64,000 nucleotides of DNA from Luteirhabdus salina. Its GTDB lineage: Bacteria; Bacteroidota; Bacteroidia; Flavobacteriales; Flavobacteriaceae. Numbering within the stretch: the stretch's first letter is position 1; each line of letters begins with the position of its first letter. Position numbers and translations under genes: made by a program. The DNA lies in contig JALAHT010000001.1 of NCBI GenBank assembly GCA_025384855.1, positions 561,064 to 625,063 on the forward strand, written 5' to 3'. A model generated the notes under the pieces. The model had not been told where the DNA came from, ran no database searches, and worked only from the letters and a program-made list of their open reading frames with translations. Shown one piece after another: positions 1 to 9,421 of the stretch.

Positions 1-663
1 TGGCCGGTATATGATAGCTTCGACATTTTCGTAGCCGATTTGGATGGCAACATTACGGCCCAACTTACCGATGAACCTGGCTATGATGCTGAAGCAACGG
101 TAAGTCCGAAAGGCGATAAAATTGTATTTACCAGCGATAGAAGTGGCGATTTGGAATTGTACACCATGAATTTGGATGGTACCGATGTAAAGCAAATTAC
201 CGATGAGCTAGGCTACGACGGTGGTGCCTTTTTCTCGCCCGACGGGACCAAATTGATCTTCCGTGCCTCGCGTCCGAAAACTAAAGCAGAAGTAAAGGAA
301 TACAAAGATCTTTTAGCAAACGGGCTGGTCCAACCTACCGAAATGGAACTTTTCATCTGCAATGCTGATGGTAGCGATATGCGTCAGTTGACCAACCTCG
401 GAAACGCGAACTGGGCACCGTTCTTTCATCCTTCTGGTGAAAAAATCTTGTTCTCCAGTAATTTTGAAGCCGAACGTGGTTTTCCGTTCAATCTTTATAT
501 GATTGACTTGGATGGCAAAAATATCGAGCGTGTTACCCATGGTGAAACCTTCGATGCCTTCCCGGTATTCTCAAACAACGGGAAGTATTTGGTGTTCTCC
601 TCTAACCGAAACAATGGTGGCACACGAGATACCAACCTGTTTATAGCGGAGTGGGTTGATTAA
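1..663 (+). CDS. TolB-like periplasmic protein with WD40-like beta-propeller (PD40) repeats; 5'-partial, since the reading frame is open from base 1
   Basis: Translation carries repeated PD40-type motifs (SPKGDKIVFTSDRSGDLELY, SPDGTKLIFRAS, HPSGEKILFSSN, SNNGKYLVFSSNRN). The frame is continuous back to position 1, and a stem-loop terminator follows the stop. Confidence 0.7.
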   Translation, partial: WPVYDSFDIFVADLDGNITAQLTDEPGYDAEATVSPKGDKIVFTSDRSGDLELYTMNLDGTDVKQITDELGYDGGAFFSPDGTKLIFRASRPKTKAEVKEYKDLLANGLVQPTEMELFICNADGSDMRQLTNLGNANWAPFFHPSGEKILFSSNFEAERGFPFNLYMIDLDGKNIERVTHGETFDAFPVFSNNGKYLVFSSNRNNGGTRDTNLFIAEWVD

Positions 664-667
664 CCCC

Positions 668-727
668 AGACCCGCAGGGTTTCCAATACCCTGTGGGTCT
701 AAGAATGTAAAACCCCGCGGGTCTTTT
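668..727 (+). terminator. Intrinsic terminator region with alternative hairpins. Segment 668-680 (agacccgcagggt) is complementary to both 688-700 (accctgtgggtct) and 712-724 (accccgcgggtct). The latter is followed by a TTTT run.
   Basis: Inverted repeats read directly from the sequence; T-run at 724-727. Confidence 0.6.
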
Positions 728-741
728 CGTATCTTCGTTCT

Positions 742-2145
742 ATGACCGATTTTTTAAAGGCGTATCGTATTCCATTGCTCTTTGCATTGAGCAGCATTGC
801 CCTTTATTTTGCTTTTGCCTATAACTTGGAGCGAAGCGATTTTCCAAAGTTGATTATGCTCTATGGCGCTTTGTTCTTTTTGGCGTATAAGCTTCTACAA
901 ATAACCAAGGGGAGTTTTTGGGTCTTGGCAGGAATCGGGATTGCCTTCCGGTTGGTGTTTATTGTAGCATTGCCCAATCTTTCGCAGGATTTTTATCGTT
1001 TTTTATGGGACGGACGCTGGTTGGCGCAGGGCGTGAATCCGTATCTGTTCACTCCTGAAAACTTTATGAAGGGATTGGAATCGCTACAAGGCGCTACGAT
1101 TGCCCAAGCTGAAGTGTTGGTAGAAGGCATGGGAACCTTAAATGCGAGTCATTATAGTAACTATCCACCCGTTAATCAATTGTTTTTTGCATTGGCAGGA
1201 CTTCTGGCTGGGAAAAGCGTGTTGGAATCTGTTATCGTTTTACGATTGAGCATCATTTTGGCCGATATAGGGATTCTTTACTTCGGCAGGAAACTGTTAC
1301 GGAATTTAAAGAGGAACCCCCATCATATTTTCTGGTATTTCCTGAATCCTTTTATCATTATTGAAATGACGGGCAACCTTCATTTTGAAAGCGTGATGCT
1401 ATTCTTTTTGGTTTGGTCGTTGTACCTGCTTCAGAAGAAAAAATGGCTTTGGGCCGCGGTGCTGTTTGGGGTTTCTATTTCGGTGAAATTGCTTCCGCTA
1501 TTGTTTTTACCGCTGTTGTTGAAGTTTTTTAGGAAGAAGGAGGTCTCGACTGCCGTGCCCGCCGGCAGGCGGGCGCTCGACCTGACAAAGCTGTTTACCT
1601 TTTGGACAATAACAATCGCCACTGCTTGTATCACCTTTCTAACCTTTCTTTCTGCTGAATTCCTGCAGCACTTTTCAGCGACTATTGCGCTTTGGTTTCA
1701 AAAGTTTGAGTTCAATGCGAGTATCTATTATATCATTCGGTGGATTGGGTTTGAAGTCGTTGGCTGGAATATTATTGGAACGGTCGGTAAGATTCTGCCA
1801 ATCATTACCATATTGCTTGTGGCGGCCTTGGCCCTTTTTAGGAGAAATAATTCAATCTCTTCACTTGCTACGGCGATGCTGTTCGCGGTGTTTGGCTACT
1901 TTCTGTTATCGACCACCGTACATCCTTGGTATGTCGCAACCCCGCTTTTGCTTTGCCTTTTCACCAACTACCGCTTCCCTTTGGTCTGGAGCTTTATGGT
2001 AGTACTAAGCTATACCGCATATGGCAAAGAAGGATTTGATGAAAATTTATGGTTGGTGGCATTGGAGTATGTTGTGGTGATTGGATATTTCTATTGGGAA
2101 GTATTCTTTAATAAACCGCAACACAAAGAAATCGCTACTTCTTAA
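742..2145 (+). CDS. Polytopic integral membrane protein, probably a GT-C-type glycosyltransferase-like / DUF2029-like protein
   Basis: 467-aa ORF with many hydrophobic helices along its whole length and no soluble domain. The family assignment is tentative. Confidence 0.5.
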   Translation: MTDFLKAYRIPLLFALSSIALYFAFAYNLERSDFPKLIMLYGALFFLAYKLLQITKGSFWVLAGIGIAFRLVFIVALPNLSQDFYRFLWDGRWLAQGVNPYLFTPENFMKGLESLQGATIAQAEVLVEGMGTLNASHYSNYPPVNQLFFALAGLLAGKSVLESVIVLRLSIILADIGILYFGRKLLRNLKRNPHHIFWYFLNPFIIIEMTGNLHFESVMLFFLVWSLYLLQKKKWLWAAVLFGVSISVKLLPLLFLPLLLKFFRKKEVSTAVPAGRRALDLTKLFTFWTITIATACITFLTFLSAEFLQHFSATIALWFQKFEFNASIYYIIRWIGFEVVGWNIIGTVGKILPIITILLVAALALFRRNNSISSLATAMLFAVFGYFLLSTTVHPWYVATPLLLCLFTNYRFPLVWSFMVVLSYTAYGKEGFDENLWLVALEYVVVIGYFYWEVFFNKPQHKEIATS

Positions 2146-3664
2146 CCCGTTCCAAACGGTAGAAATCCTTCCGCCTGTCTTTTAGATTTTTAACCGCCCC
2201 AAAGTTGTGTAGTTCGCGTAGCAAGTCTAAATCGACATCGGCCACCAAGATCATTTCGGCATTGGCGGTGGCTTCGGCTTTTATGCCATTATTCGGAAAA
2301 GAGAAATCGCAGGGCGTAAATACCGCCGATTGCGCATACTGAATGTCCATATTATGAACCTTTGGCAAATTTCCGACACTTCCAGCAATAGCCACATAGC
2401 ATTCGTTTTCAATGGCGCGCGCCTGGGCACAAAGCTTCACTCTGGAGAAACCATTTTGGGTATCGGTCAAAAAGGGAACGAAGAGGATATCCATTCCATC
2501 ATCGGCCAACAAGCGCGACAGTTCAGGAAACTCGGAATCGTAGCAGATTAAGATTCCGATTTTACCACAATCGGTATCGAACGTCTTCAGCTCATGGCCG
2601 TTTTGCATCCCCCAGACCTTTGCTTCATCGGGAGTGACATGTATTTTTTCATAGCGCTCAGTACTTCCATCGCGTCGGCATAGATATCCAACATTATATA
2701 AAGTATCATTCACCACCTCTGGCATACTTCCGGTAATGATGTTGATGTTATATGAAATGGACAGTTGTGCCATACGGTTGGTTATTTCATCCGTATACTT
2801 CGCCAATTCCCGAATGGCTTCCGCTTCACTTAAATGATTGAAATCGGCCATTAACGGCGCATTAAAAAACTCTGGAAATACAGCGAAATCACTTCGATAG
2901 CCCGCCACACTATCGATAAAATATTCCGCTTGGTGCATCAAGTCTTCCAACCCATCATAGGGTCGCATTTGCCACTGAATCAATCCAAGGCGAACGACAT
3001 TCTTAACACTCGATGGTTTTTTGGTCGGTTTGGTATAATAGATATTGTCCCATTCCATCAACACTGCAAATTCACCTGAAGCGGTATCCCCTTCCAGATA
3101 ATTCTTCAGAATACGAACCGGGTGAAAATCGTTGGACATCTGGAAATTCAGGACCGGATCTTCAATCTCTTTGTGTCGAACCTTATCGATATACTGTTTT
3201 GGGGTGAGTTCCCCCGAGTATTTATGATAGTTGGGAATTCTTCCACCGAAAACGATTCCCTTCAGATTCAACTTTTCACACAACTCCTTCCGATAATCGT
3301 ATAAACGTCTCCCCAGTCGAAGTCCGCGATAATCGGGCTTGATAAACACATCAATGCCATACATCACGTCGCCCTTGGCATCGTGTATCTTAAAATCGGG
3401 ATCGGCCGTAATATCGTCATAGGTATGCTGATCTTCAATTTTATCAAAATCGACGATGATGGAAAGCGCACAGCCTGCAATGTTACCGTCTACTTTAATA
3501 ACCACCTGACCTTCAGGGAAAAGGGTAATTAATCGACCAATTTCCTCCAGTTTCCAATACGAATTGGGCATCCCGCCGTACGATTGCAAGGTAGCCTGTT
3601 TTAGCGCCTCATAATCGTCGAGGGTGAGATACGATAATTCAATATTTTCGATTTTGTTTTCCAT
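2135..3664 (-). CDS. Bifunctional GNAT N-acetyltransferase / carbon-nitrogen hydrolase (nitrilase superfamily) protein
   Basis: The N-terminal ~170 aa are GNAT-like. The C-terminal half has the CN-hydrolase Glu-Lys-Cys architecture (FPEFFN...E, ...K..., GILICYDSEFPE with catalytic Cys). It is last in an operon with polyamine genes. Confidence 0.75.
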   Translation of the reverse strand: MENKIENIELSYLTLDDYEALKQATLQSYGGMPNSYWKLEEIGRLITLFPEGQVVIKVDGNIAGCALSIIVDFDKIEDQHTYDDITADPDFKIHDAKGDVMYGIDVFIKPDYRGLRLGRRLYDYRKELCEKLNLKGIVFGGRIPNYHKYSGELTPKQYIDKVRHKEIEDPVLNFQMSNDFHPVRILKNYLEGDTASGEFAVLMEWDNIYYTKPTKKPSSVKNVVRLGLIQWQMRPYDGLEDLMHQAEYFIDSVAGYRSDFAVFPEFFNAPLMADFNHLSEAEAIRELAKYTDEITNRMAQLSISYNINIITGSMPEVVNDTLYNVGYLCRRDGSTERYEKIHVTPDEAKVWGMQNGHELKTFDTDCGKIGILICYDSEFPELSRLLADDGMDILFVPFLTDTQNGFSRVKLCAQARAIENECYVAIAGSVGNLPKVHNMDIQYAQSAVFTPCDFSFPNNGIKAEATANAEMILVADVDLDLLRELHNFGAVKNLKDRRKDFYRLERVKK

Positions 3665-3679
3665 TGAATTGTTTAGGAG

Positions 3680-4666
3680 TTACATATCGAGAAGGTAAGC
3701 AAAAATCAACGGAGCGACGATGGTAGCATCGCTTTCAATGATGAATTTCGGCGTATCGATATCTAGTTTTCCCCAGGTGATTTTTTCATTTGGAACGGCT
3801 CCTGAATAACTTCCGTAACTAGTAGTAGAGTCTGAAATCTGGCAGAAATAGCTCCAGAAAGGGGTGTCGGTACGTTCCATATCCTGATACAACATCGGTA
3901 CCACACAAATTGGGAAATCGCCGGCAATTCCACCGCCGATTTGGAAAAACCCGATTCCGTTTTCAGAATTATCGGTATACCAATCGGCTAAGAAGGTCAT
4001 ATACTCGATCCCACTCTTCATAGTAGAAGCCTTCAATTCACCTTTTAACACATAGCTGGCGAAAATATTCCCCATCGTACTATCTTCCCATCCAGGAACC
4101 ACGATCGGCAAGTTCTTTTCAGCCGCAGCGTACATCCATGAATCCTTGATATCGATTTCATAGTATTCTTCCAACACACCGCTTAACAGCATTTTATACA
4201 TAAATTCGTGTGGAAAATAGCGTTCGCCTTTCGCTTCAGCATCTTTCCAAATCTTGACAATATGTTGTTGTAAGCGACGGAATGCCTCTTCCTCTGGAAT
4301 GCAGGTATCGGTAACACGGTTCAAGCCGTTTTCCAATAAGTCCCATTCCTCTTTCGGCGTAAGATCACGATAGTTTGGCACTCTTTTATAATGTGAATGC
4401 GCCACCAAGTTCATAATATCTTCTTCCAAGTTCGCACCCGTACAGGAAATGATATGCACCTTATCCTGACGGATCATTTCTGCGAATATTTTTCCCAATT
4501 CCGCAGTACTCATGGCACCTGCCAAGGACACCAACATTTTTGCGCCACCGTTTAGTTGTTCCTCGTAGCCCTTTGCGGCATCTACGAGGGCGGCTGCATT
4601 AAAGTGCAGGTAGTATTTTTCAATAAATTGGGTAATCGCTCCTTTAGTACTCATTTTTTTCGTCAT
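3680..4666 (-). CDS. Deoxyhypusine synthase family protein (homospermidine-synthase-like). The start is probably at MTKKMSTKG, not at the upstream Met of the 352-aa ORF.
   Basis: DHS-like Rossmann sequence (GGAKMLVSLAGAMSTAELG, IISCTGANLEEDI). The longer ORF would overlap agmatinase by 95 nt, while an internal Met gives only a small overlap. Confidence 0.75.
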   Translation of the reverse strand: MTKKMSTKGAITQFIEKYYLHFNAAALVDAAKGYEEQLNGGAKMLVSLAGAMSTAELGKIFAEMIRQDKVHIISCTGANLEEDIMNLVAHSHYKRVPNYRDLTPKEEWDLLENGLNRVTDTCIPEEEAFRRLQQHIVKIWKDAEAKGERYFPHEFMYKMLLSGVLEEYYEIDIKDSWMYAAAEKNLPIVVPGWEDSTMGNIFASYVLKGELKASTMKSGIEYMTFLADWYTDNSENGIGFFQIGGGIAGDFPICVVPMLYQDMERTDTPFWSYFCQISDSTTSYGSYSGAVPNEKITWGKLDIDTPKFIIESDATIVAPLIFAYLLDM

Positions 4667-5579
4667 TAAATTTTGAAACTCCTTTTTTCGGCTCATGGAA
4701 GTTGCTTTCAAAAGCATCATCTTCCTCTTCACCTTCAAACTTATAGCTCAACATTTTGTAATACAGCTTTGCAGCAAGGAAATCGGATGATTTTTCATTT
4801 TCATTTGGGCAAAGCTCCACAATATCGAAGCCTACCACATTTTTTTCGTCAAAAACCTGCTTTAAGAAATCCATGGTTTCATACCAAAACAAACCACCAG
4901 GTTCTGGGGTGCCGGTCGACGGCATAATGGAAGGATCGAAAGCATCCAAATCGAAGGTAATAAATACGTTATCGCCCAGCGCTTCAATTACATTATCCAT
5001 CCAATATTCATCGCCTGCCATTTCGTGTGCCAACCACGTCTTATCTGAATCCATTACGGTCGTTTCGGCAACGTCCATGCTACGTACTCCCACTTGAATT
5101 AAATTCGTGGTCTGACTCGCTTCATACACCGCACAGGCATGATTGCATTTTGAACCTTCATATTCCTTTCGAAGGTCAGCGTGCGCATCGATATGCAACA
5201 CAGTAAGATCGTCGAAGCATTCATTGAAGGCACGGATCGTACCAATTGAAATACTGTGCTCGCCGCCGAAGATGGTGACGAACTTATTCCGAAGGATGTA
5301 TTCTTTTGTCATTTTATGCACTGCTTCTACTACCGCTTCAGGTGAAGCGTTTTCGGTAATCGGTTCTGCAAGGTAGATACCTTGTTTATACACTTCAGTC
5401 TCCGTCTCGATATCGTAGAGTTCCATATTTGCGGAAGCTTCCAAAAAGGCACGCGGTCCTTTGTCGGCTCCTTTCTGCCAAGTACTGGTGCCATCGTACG
5501 GCACTGGGATTAATACAATTTTACTGGTGTCCAGCCCTGCATATTTTTTCGGGATCCCGGCATAGGTCTTAGTTTCCAT
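4644..5579 (-). CDS. speB: Agmatinase (arginase/ureohydrolase family)
   Basis: Arginase-family Mn-binding motifs (GGEHSIS, DAHADL, DLDAFDPS) at canonical spacing. Lies between ADC and the DHS-like gene. Confidence 0.85.
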   Translation of the reverse strand: METKTYAGIPKKYAGLDTSKIVLIPVPYDGTSTWQKGADKGPRAFLEASANMELYDIETETEVYKQGIYLAEPITENASPEAVVEAVHKMTKEYILRNKFVTIFGGEHSISIGTIRAFNECFDDLTVLHIDAHADLRKEYEGSKCNHACAVYEASQTTNLIQVGVRSMDVAETTVMDSDKTWLAHEMAGDEYWMDNVIEALGDNVFITFDLDAFDPSIMPSTGTPEPGGLFWYETMDFLKQVFDEKNVVGFDIVELCPNENEKSSDFLAAKLYYKMLSYKFEGEEEDDAFESNFHEPKKGVSKFNDEKNEY

Positions 5580-6966
5580 ATCCTAAAATATTGAGCAATT
5601 GCTCGCTTGTTTGTTGTTCTGAAAATAATTTGTGGGTAATCTTACCCGAGTCGTCTTTGTCGATTAGCACATGCTTGGGCGACGGAATCAAGCAGTGTTG
5701 CAGTCCACCGAAACCACCAATAGTTTCCTGATAGGCTCCGGTATTGAAAAAGCCAATGTAAAGTGGCTTATCCTTTTTAAATTTTGGTAAATAAATGGCG
5801 TTCATGTGCTGTTCACTATTGTAGTAATCGTCACTATCGCAAGTCAATCCGCCCAGCAACACCCGCTCGTATTCATCGTTCCAGCGATTGATAGCCAACA
5901 TAATAAATCGCTTGCTAATAGCCCAAGTATCGGGTAGTGTGGTGATGAATGAGGAATTGATCATATTCCACTTCTCGCGATCGTTTTGTTGCTTTTGGTA
6001 AAGCACTTCATAAATGGCGCCACCGCTTTCACCTACGGTGAAGCTACCAAACTCGGTGAAGATATTCGGCACATCCACTCCGGCCTCTTTACATGAAACG
6101 TTGATTTGGTTTACGATTTCATCGACCATATAGGTGTAGTCGTATTCAAACGCCAAAGAGTTTTTGATCGGGAAACCACCGCCAATGTTTAGGCTGTCCA
6201 AGGTCGGACAAATCTTTTTGAGTTGAATGTACACCTTTAGACACTTCAATAACTCGTTCCAGTAATAGGCTGTGTCGCGAATGCCCGTATTGATGAAAAA
6301 GTGAAGCATGCGAAGGTTCACCTGATCGTTATTTTCGATTTGCTTTTGGTAAAAAGGCACGATATTACGGTAGCCGATTCCGAGACGGGAGGTATAGAAC
6401 TCAAATTTGGGTTCTTCCTCTGAAGCGATACGGATACCGACTTCAAAGTTTCCATCGATTTCCTCGGAAAGCAAGCCAATCTCTTCATAGTTATCGATAA
6501 TCGGAATGCAATTCTTATGACCGTTATTGATCAGGCGACCAATATTGGTAATGTATTGTTCCCGCTTGAAACCGTTACAGATAACATACGTATCATCGGT
6601 GATCTTTCCTTCTTTCTTTAAGTTCTCAACAATGTTGATATCGAAAGCAGAAGAGGTTTCTATATGGATATCATTTTTTAGGGCTTCATTTAGCACATGC
6701 TTAAAGTGCGAACTCTTGGTACAATAGCAATAGTTGTAGTTGCCTTTGTAATCGTGTTTTTCAATGGCATCGTTAAACCATTTTTTTGCACGGTTGATGT
6801 TATCTGAAATCTTTGGAAGATAGGTGAACTTTAAAGGAGCACCGTATTCCTTCACCAGATCCATCAAATGGATATCATGAAATTCTAGCGTATCATTTTT
6901 TAAGGTGAACTCTTCCTGTGGAAAATAATAGGTCTGATCGATTAGATCTTTGTACTTAATATTCAT
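5569..6966 (-). CDS. Arginine (Orn/Lys/Arg) decarboxylase, fold-type III PLP enzyme (short SpeA-like)
   Basis: YCTKSS (cf. YAVKAN) PLP-Lys region and the NIGGGFPI glycine-rich motif of the ODC/ADC family. First gene of the minus-strand polyamine operon. Confidence 0.75.
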   Translation of the reverse strand: MNIKYKDLIDQTYYFPQEEFTLKNDTLEFHDIHLMDLVKEYGAPLKFTYLPKISDNINRAKKWFNDAIEKHDYKGNYNYCYCTKSSHFKHVLNEALKNDIHIETSSAFDINIVENLKKEGKITDDTYVICNGFKREQYITNIGRLINNGHKNCIPIIDNYEEIGLLSEEIDGNFEVGIRIASEEEPKFEFYTSRLGIGYRNIVPFYQKQIENNDQVNLRMLHFFINTGIRDTAYYWNELLKCLKVYIQLKKICPTLDSLNIGGGFPIKNSLAFEYDYTYMVDEIVNQINVSCKEAGVDVPNIFTEFGSFTVGESGGAIYEVLYQKQQNDREKWNMINSSFITTLPDTWAISKRFIMLAINRWNDEYERVLLGGLTCDSDDYYNSEQHMNAIYLPKFKKDKPLYIGFFNTGAYQETIGGFGGLQHCLIPSPKHVLIDKDDSGKITHKLFSEQQTSEQLLNILGYGN

Positions 6967-7338
6967 TATATGAAATAGGTTGGTAGTTAAAAATAAAAAT
7001 GATTGCAGCTATTCCAATGGAGGAAGCAGCAGTATAACAAAATTTTAACCTGTTTTTCAGATACGGATCGGCTGAAGTCGATAAAGGAAGTAGTATACCT
7101 CGGAAAAATCCTCGAAGAGAAGGGCAAGACCTTGAATACGTCTTGAGAAACCGGAAGCTAGCTTTAAGGTTCGGTGGTCCGCCTTGCGGATTGCTTTTGA
7201 AGATGACTTCCTAACTTTCAAAAGCCCGAACGTAGAAACACATTTCAATTTGTTCAGCTAAAATCTCGGCAAATGTATGCTATTTTTTGAAACGACAATG
7301 TTTTTTGGGAAGAATTTGAATCAATTGAGGAACAAAGC

Positions 7339-7360
7339 TGCAAAGGGGCAAAGGGGCAAA
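7339..7360. repeat. Tandem GCAAAGG-type repeat (gcaaaggggcaaaggggcaaag). Related caaag-rich tracts open the other two islands (about 9055-9100 and 10420-10460).
   Basis: Read directly. Confidence 0.7.
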
Positions 7361-7404
7361 GAATTGAGAATTGAGAATTATTAGGTAATACTAAAATTCT
7401 TGTA

Positions 7405-7520
7405 GCCTACATCTAGAATATACGATTTTAGATTTACGATTGTAATTTTTTGTAATTTCACATCCACCTTCGAGCGAAACCTACAAAGACTATCGACTAC
7501 GGACTAGAGATTATAAATTG
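7405..7520. repeat. About 115-bp conserved intergenic module (copy 1), …gtaatttcacatccaccttcgagcgaaacctacaaagactatcgactacggactagagattataaatt. The paralogous copy lies at 9157-9252.
   Basis: About 80-85% identity by eye between 7405-7520 and 9157-9252. Confidence 0.7.
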
Positions 7521-7530
7521 GGTGTTGGGA

Positions 7531-7586
7531 GTTAGGAGTTAGGAGTTAGGAGTTAGGAGTTAGGAGTTAGGAGTTAGGAGTTAGGA
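7531..7586. repeat. Perfect tandem heptamer array, (GTTAGGA)x8
   Basis: Eight exact consecutive copies read in the sequence, with partial copies on either flank. Confidence 0.95.
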
Positions 7587-7724
7587 GAATAAAGAACATA
7601 GAAAAGAGAAAACTACAGTAGATTGCGCATAAACGATTGAAGATTTCCCGATTTGCAAAGGATTTCTTTTCGTACGATTAACCTTTAACTAATAACTGCA
7701 AAGACTTTTGGGGTGCCGGGTGCT

Positions 7725-7743
7725 GGATGATGGATGATGGATG
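7725..7743. repeat. Short tandem heptamer array, (GGATGAT) x about 2.7
   Basis: ggatgatggatgatggatg. Confidence 0.8.
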
Positions 7744-7746
7744 TAG

Positions 7747-7859
7747 GAAAAGAAATAGTAAAAAGGTTCAAATGTAAAATTTCAAAACCTATCGCTTATA
7801 GCATACAGCTTACTGCTTAAGGCTTATAGAGTACAGCCTACGGCGTACAGCCAACTATT
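7747..7859. repeat. Conserved intergenic module (copy 1): aaagaaatagtaaaaaggttcaaatgtaaaatttcaaaacctatcgcttatagcatacagcttactgcttaagg… followed by a degenerate period-7 nTAnnGC tract. Paralogs lie at 9297-9395 and 10520-10600.
   Basis: Three copies with high identity across about 80 bp, each placed immediately 3' of a tandem heptamer array. Confidence 0.8.
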
Positions 7860-7884
7860 CACGGATCACGGTTCACGGATCACG
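7860..7884. repeat. Tandem heptamer array, (CACGGAT/CACGGTT) x about 3.5
   Basis: cacggatcacggttcacggatcacg. Confidence 0.8.
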
Positions 7885-8068
7885 ACCATAAAGACATTGG
7901 CTTCGACCCTTCGATGCTTCGACTGCGCTCAGCACAGGCTTGCTCAGGGTGACAACTAACAACCAATTTAATCAGCCTCAGCCAACAGTGTTTGTAGTTT
8001 GGAACTTAGAATTTTAGTTAGTAATCGCTTATTGCGTATTGCTTACAGCGTACGGCATAATGCGTCCA

Positions 8069-8935
8069 CTACATCATACTAAACAAATTCACCTCTTCTT
8101 TGGTCAGAATCTTCCAGCGACCACGGGGAAGGTCTTTTTTGGTTAGGTGAGCGATGGTAACACAGTCTACACGTACTACATCATAGTTTAAGTGGTTAAA
8201 AATATCGCGAATAACGCTATTCCCCATGTTCTTGATCTTAAGACCGACTTCTTTTTTGGGTGAATGGTCAACATAGCTAATTTCCTCTACTTCTATTGTT
8301 TTCCCATCGACAGTAAGCCCTTCCTTGATTTTCTGAAGATCATCTGCCTTTAGGTTCTTATCCAATTCGATATGAAACAAACGTGGCATTCCTTTCGAAT
8401 GGAGTTTTTTCATCAAATCGTCATCGTTGGTGAACAGCAGCAATCCAGTAGCGTTCCGACCTAAACGACCGATGGGCTTCACTTTTGCTGAAGTAGCATT
8501 GCTGATAAGGTCCATAACGGTTAACCCTTTATTATCGCTAGTGGTGGTAGCCACGCCTTTCGGCTTGTTCAGCAATACATAAGTATTTGGTTCGGGATTG
8601 ATACGGCGACCATCGAAGCGCACATCGTCTTCCAACTGAACCTTATGGCCCATTTGAGTAACCACTTCACCATTTACGGTTACCAAGCCGGTTTTGATAT
8701 AGGTATCGGCATCGCGACGGGAGCAAATGCCACTGTTCGCAATGTATTTATTTAAGCGAATGCCATCAGGGTTTTTTTGATGGTTGGTCTTCCCCGCTTT
8801 GTTCTGGCGACCCGCTTGCTTATTGGTATTTTCTTTTTTGAAAGGAGCATTTCCTCTTGCACTGCTTCTTTTACGGGTATTGTTTCCCCCACGTCCTGAA
8901 GCCTTTCCTTTTCCTGATCTGTCTTGTCTGCTCAT
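8069..8935 (-). CDS. rluB: 23S rRNA pseudouridine synthase (RluB/RsuA family) with S4 RNA-binding domain and a basic low-complexity N-terminal tail
   Basis: S4 motif (NKYIANSGICSRRDADTYIKTGLVTVNG), RsuA-family catalytic region (…LGRLGRN…) and a Lys/Arg/Gly-rich N-terminus typical of Bacteroidota RluB. Confidence 0.85.
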   Translation of the reverse strand: MSRQDRSGKGKASGRGGNNTRKRSSARGNAPFKKENTNKQAGRQNKAGKTNHQKNPDGIRLNKYIANSGICSRRDADTYIKTGLVTVNGEVVTQMGHKVQLEDDVRFDGRRINPEPNTYVLLNKPKGVATTTSDNKGLTVMDLISNATSAKVKPIGRLGRNATGLLLFTNDDDLMKKLHSKGMPRLFHIELDKNLKADDLQKIKEGLTVDGKTIEVEEISYVDHSPKKEVGLKIKNMGNSVIRDIFNHLNYDVVRVDCVTIAHLTKKDLPRGRWKILTKEEVNLFSMM

Positions 8936-9156
8936 AATATAATGTCAGTTTTACTGACGTTTACTGCCCTGTAATTGGGCGATTTATTGAAATGCAAAGA
9001 TACAGGATAATTGTGCGAATTAAGAATTAAGAATGTGGAATTAAGGAAAGAAACAAAGTTTCAAAGGCGCAAAGACTCAAAAGGTGCAAAAGAGTTAAGA
9101 ATTAAGAGTTAAGAGTCAAGAGTTGTGAGATTTGAGATATGAGAAGTGAGAGTATA

Positions 9157-9252
9157 GAATTTAGATTTAGGATTGTAGCTTTTTGTAATATCACATCGAC
9201 CTTCGAGCGAAACTTCTAAAAACTATCTACTACGTACTAGAGACTATAAATT
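9157..9252. repeat. About 100-bp conserved intergenic module (copy 2). Paralog of 7405-7520.
   Basis: tttgtaatatcacatcgaccttcgagcgaaacttctaaaaactatctactacgtactagagactataaatt matches copy 1. Confidence 0.7.
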
Positions 9253-9268
9253 CCGAGTTAGGAGTTAG

Positions 9269-9296
9269 TGTTGGGTGTTGGGTGTTGGGTGTTGGG
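9269..9296. repeat. Tandem heptamer array, (TGTTGGG)x4, preceded by two GTTAGGA-like units
   Basis: Read directly. Confidence 0.9.
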
Positions 9297-9395
9297 ATAA
9301 AAGAAATAGCAAAAAAATTCTCAAATGTAAAATTTCAAAACCTATCGCTTATGGCATACAGCGTACTGCTTATACCGTACAGCCAACTATTCCCC
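9297..9395. repeat. Conserved intergenic module (copy 2): ataaaagaaatagcaaaaaaattctcaaatgtaaaatttcaaaacctatcgcttatggcatacagcgtactgcttataccgtacagccaactattc
   Basis: Paralogous to 7747-7859 and 10520-10600. Confidence 0.8.
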
Positions 9396-9421
9396 GCCTG
9401 CCTGCCGACTAGGCAGGTTCA

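Noticed and set aside
3680-4738. Full 352-aa extent of the DHS-like ORF
   Set aside because: The first about 24 codons (MKVKRKMMLLKATSMSRKKEFQNL) overlap the agmatinase 3' end by 95 nt and look like read-through. An internal Met start at about 4666 or 4654 is more plausible.
7057-7248. 63-aa ORF inside the first repeat island
   Set aside because: Lies in repeat-rich non-coding sequence with no motif. Likely chance ORF.
7531-7586. CRISPR array
   Set aside because: Repeats are 7-bp perfect tandems with no spacers. No cas genes nearby.
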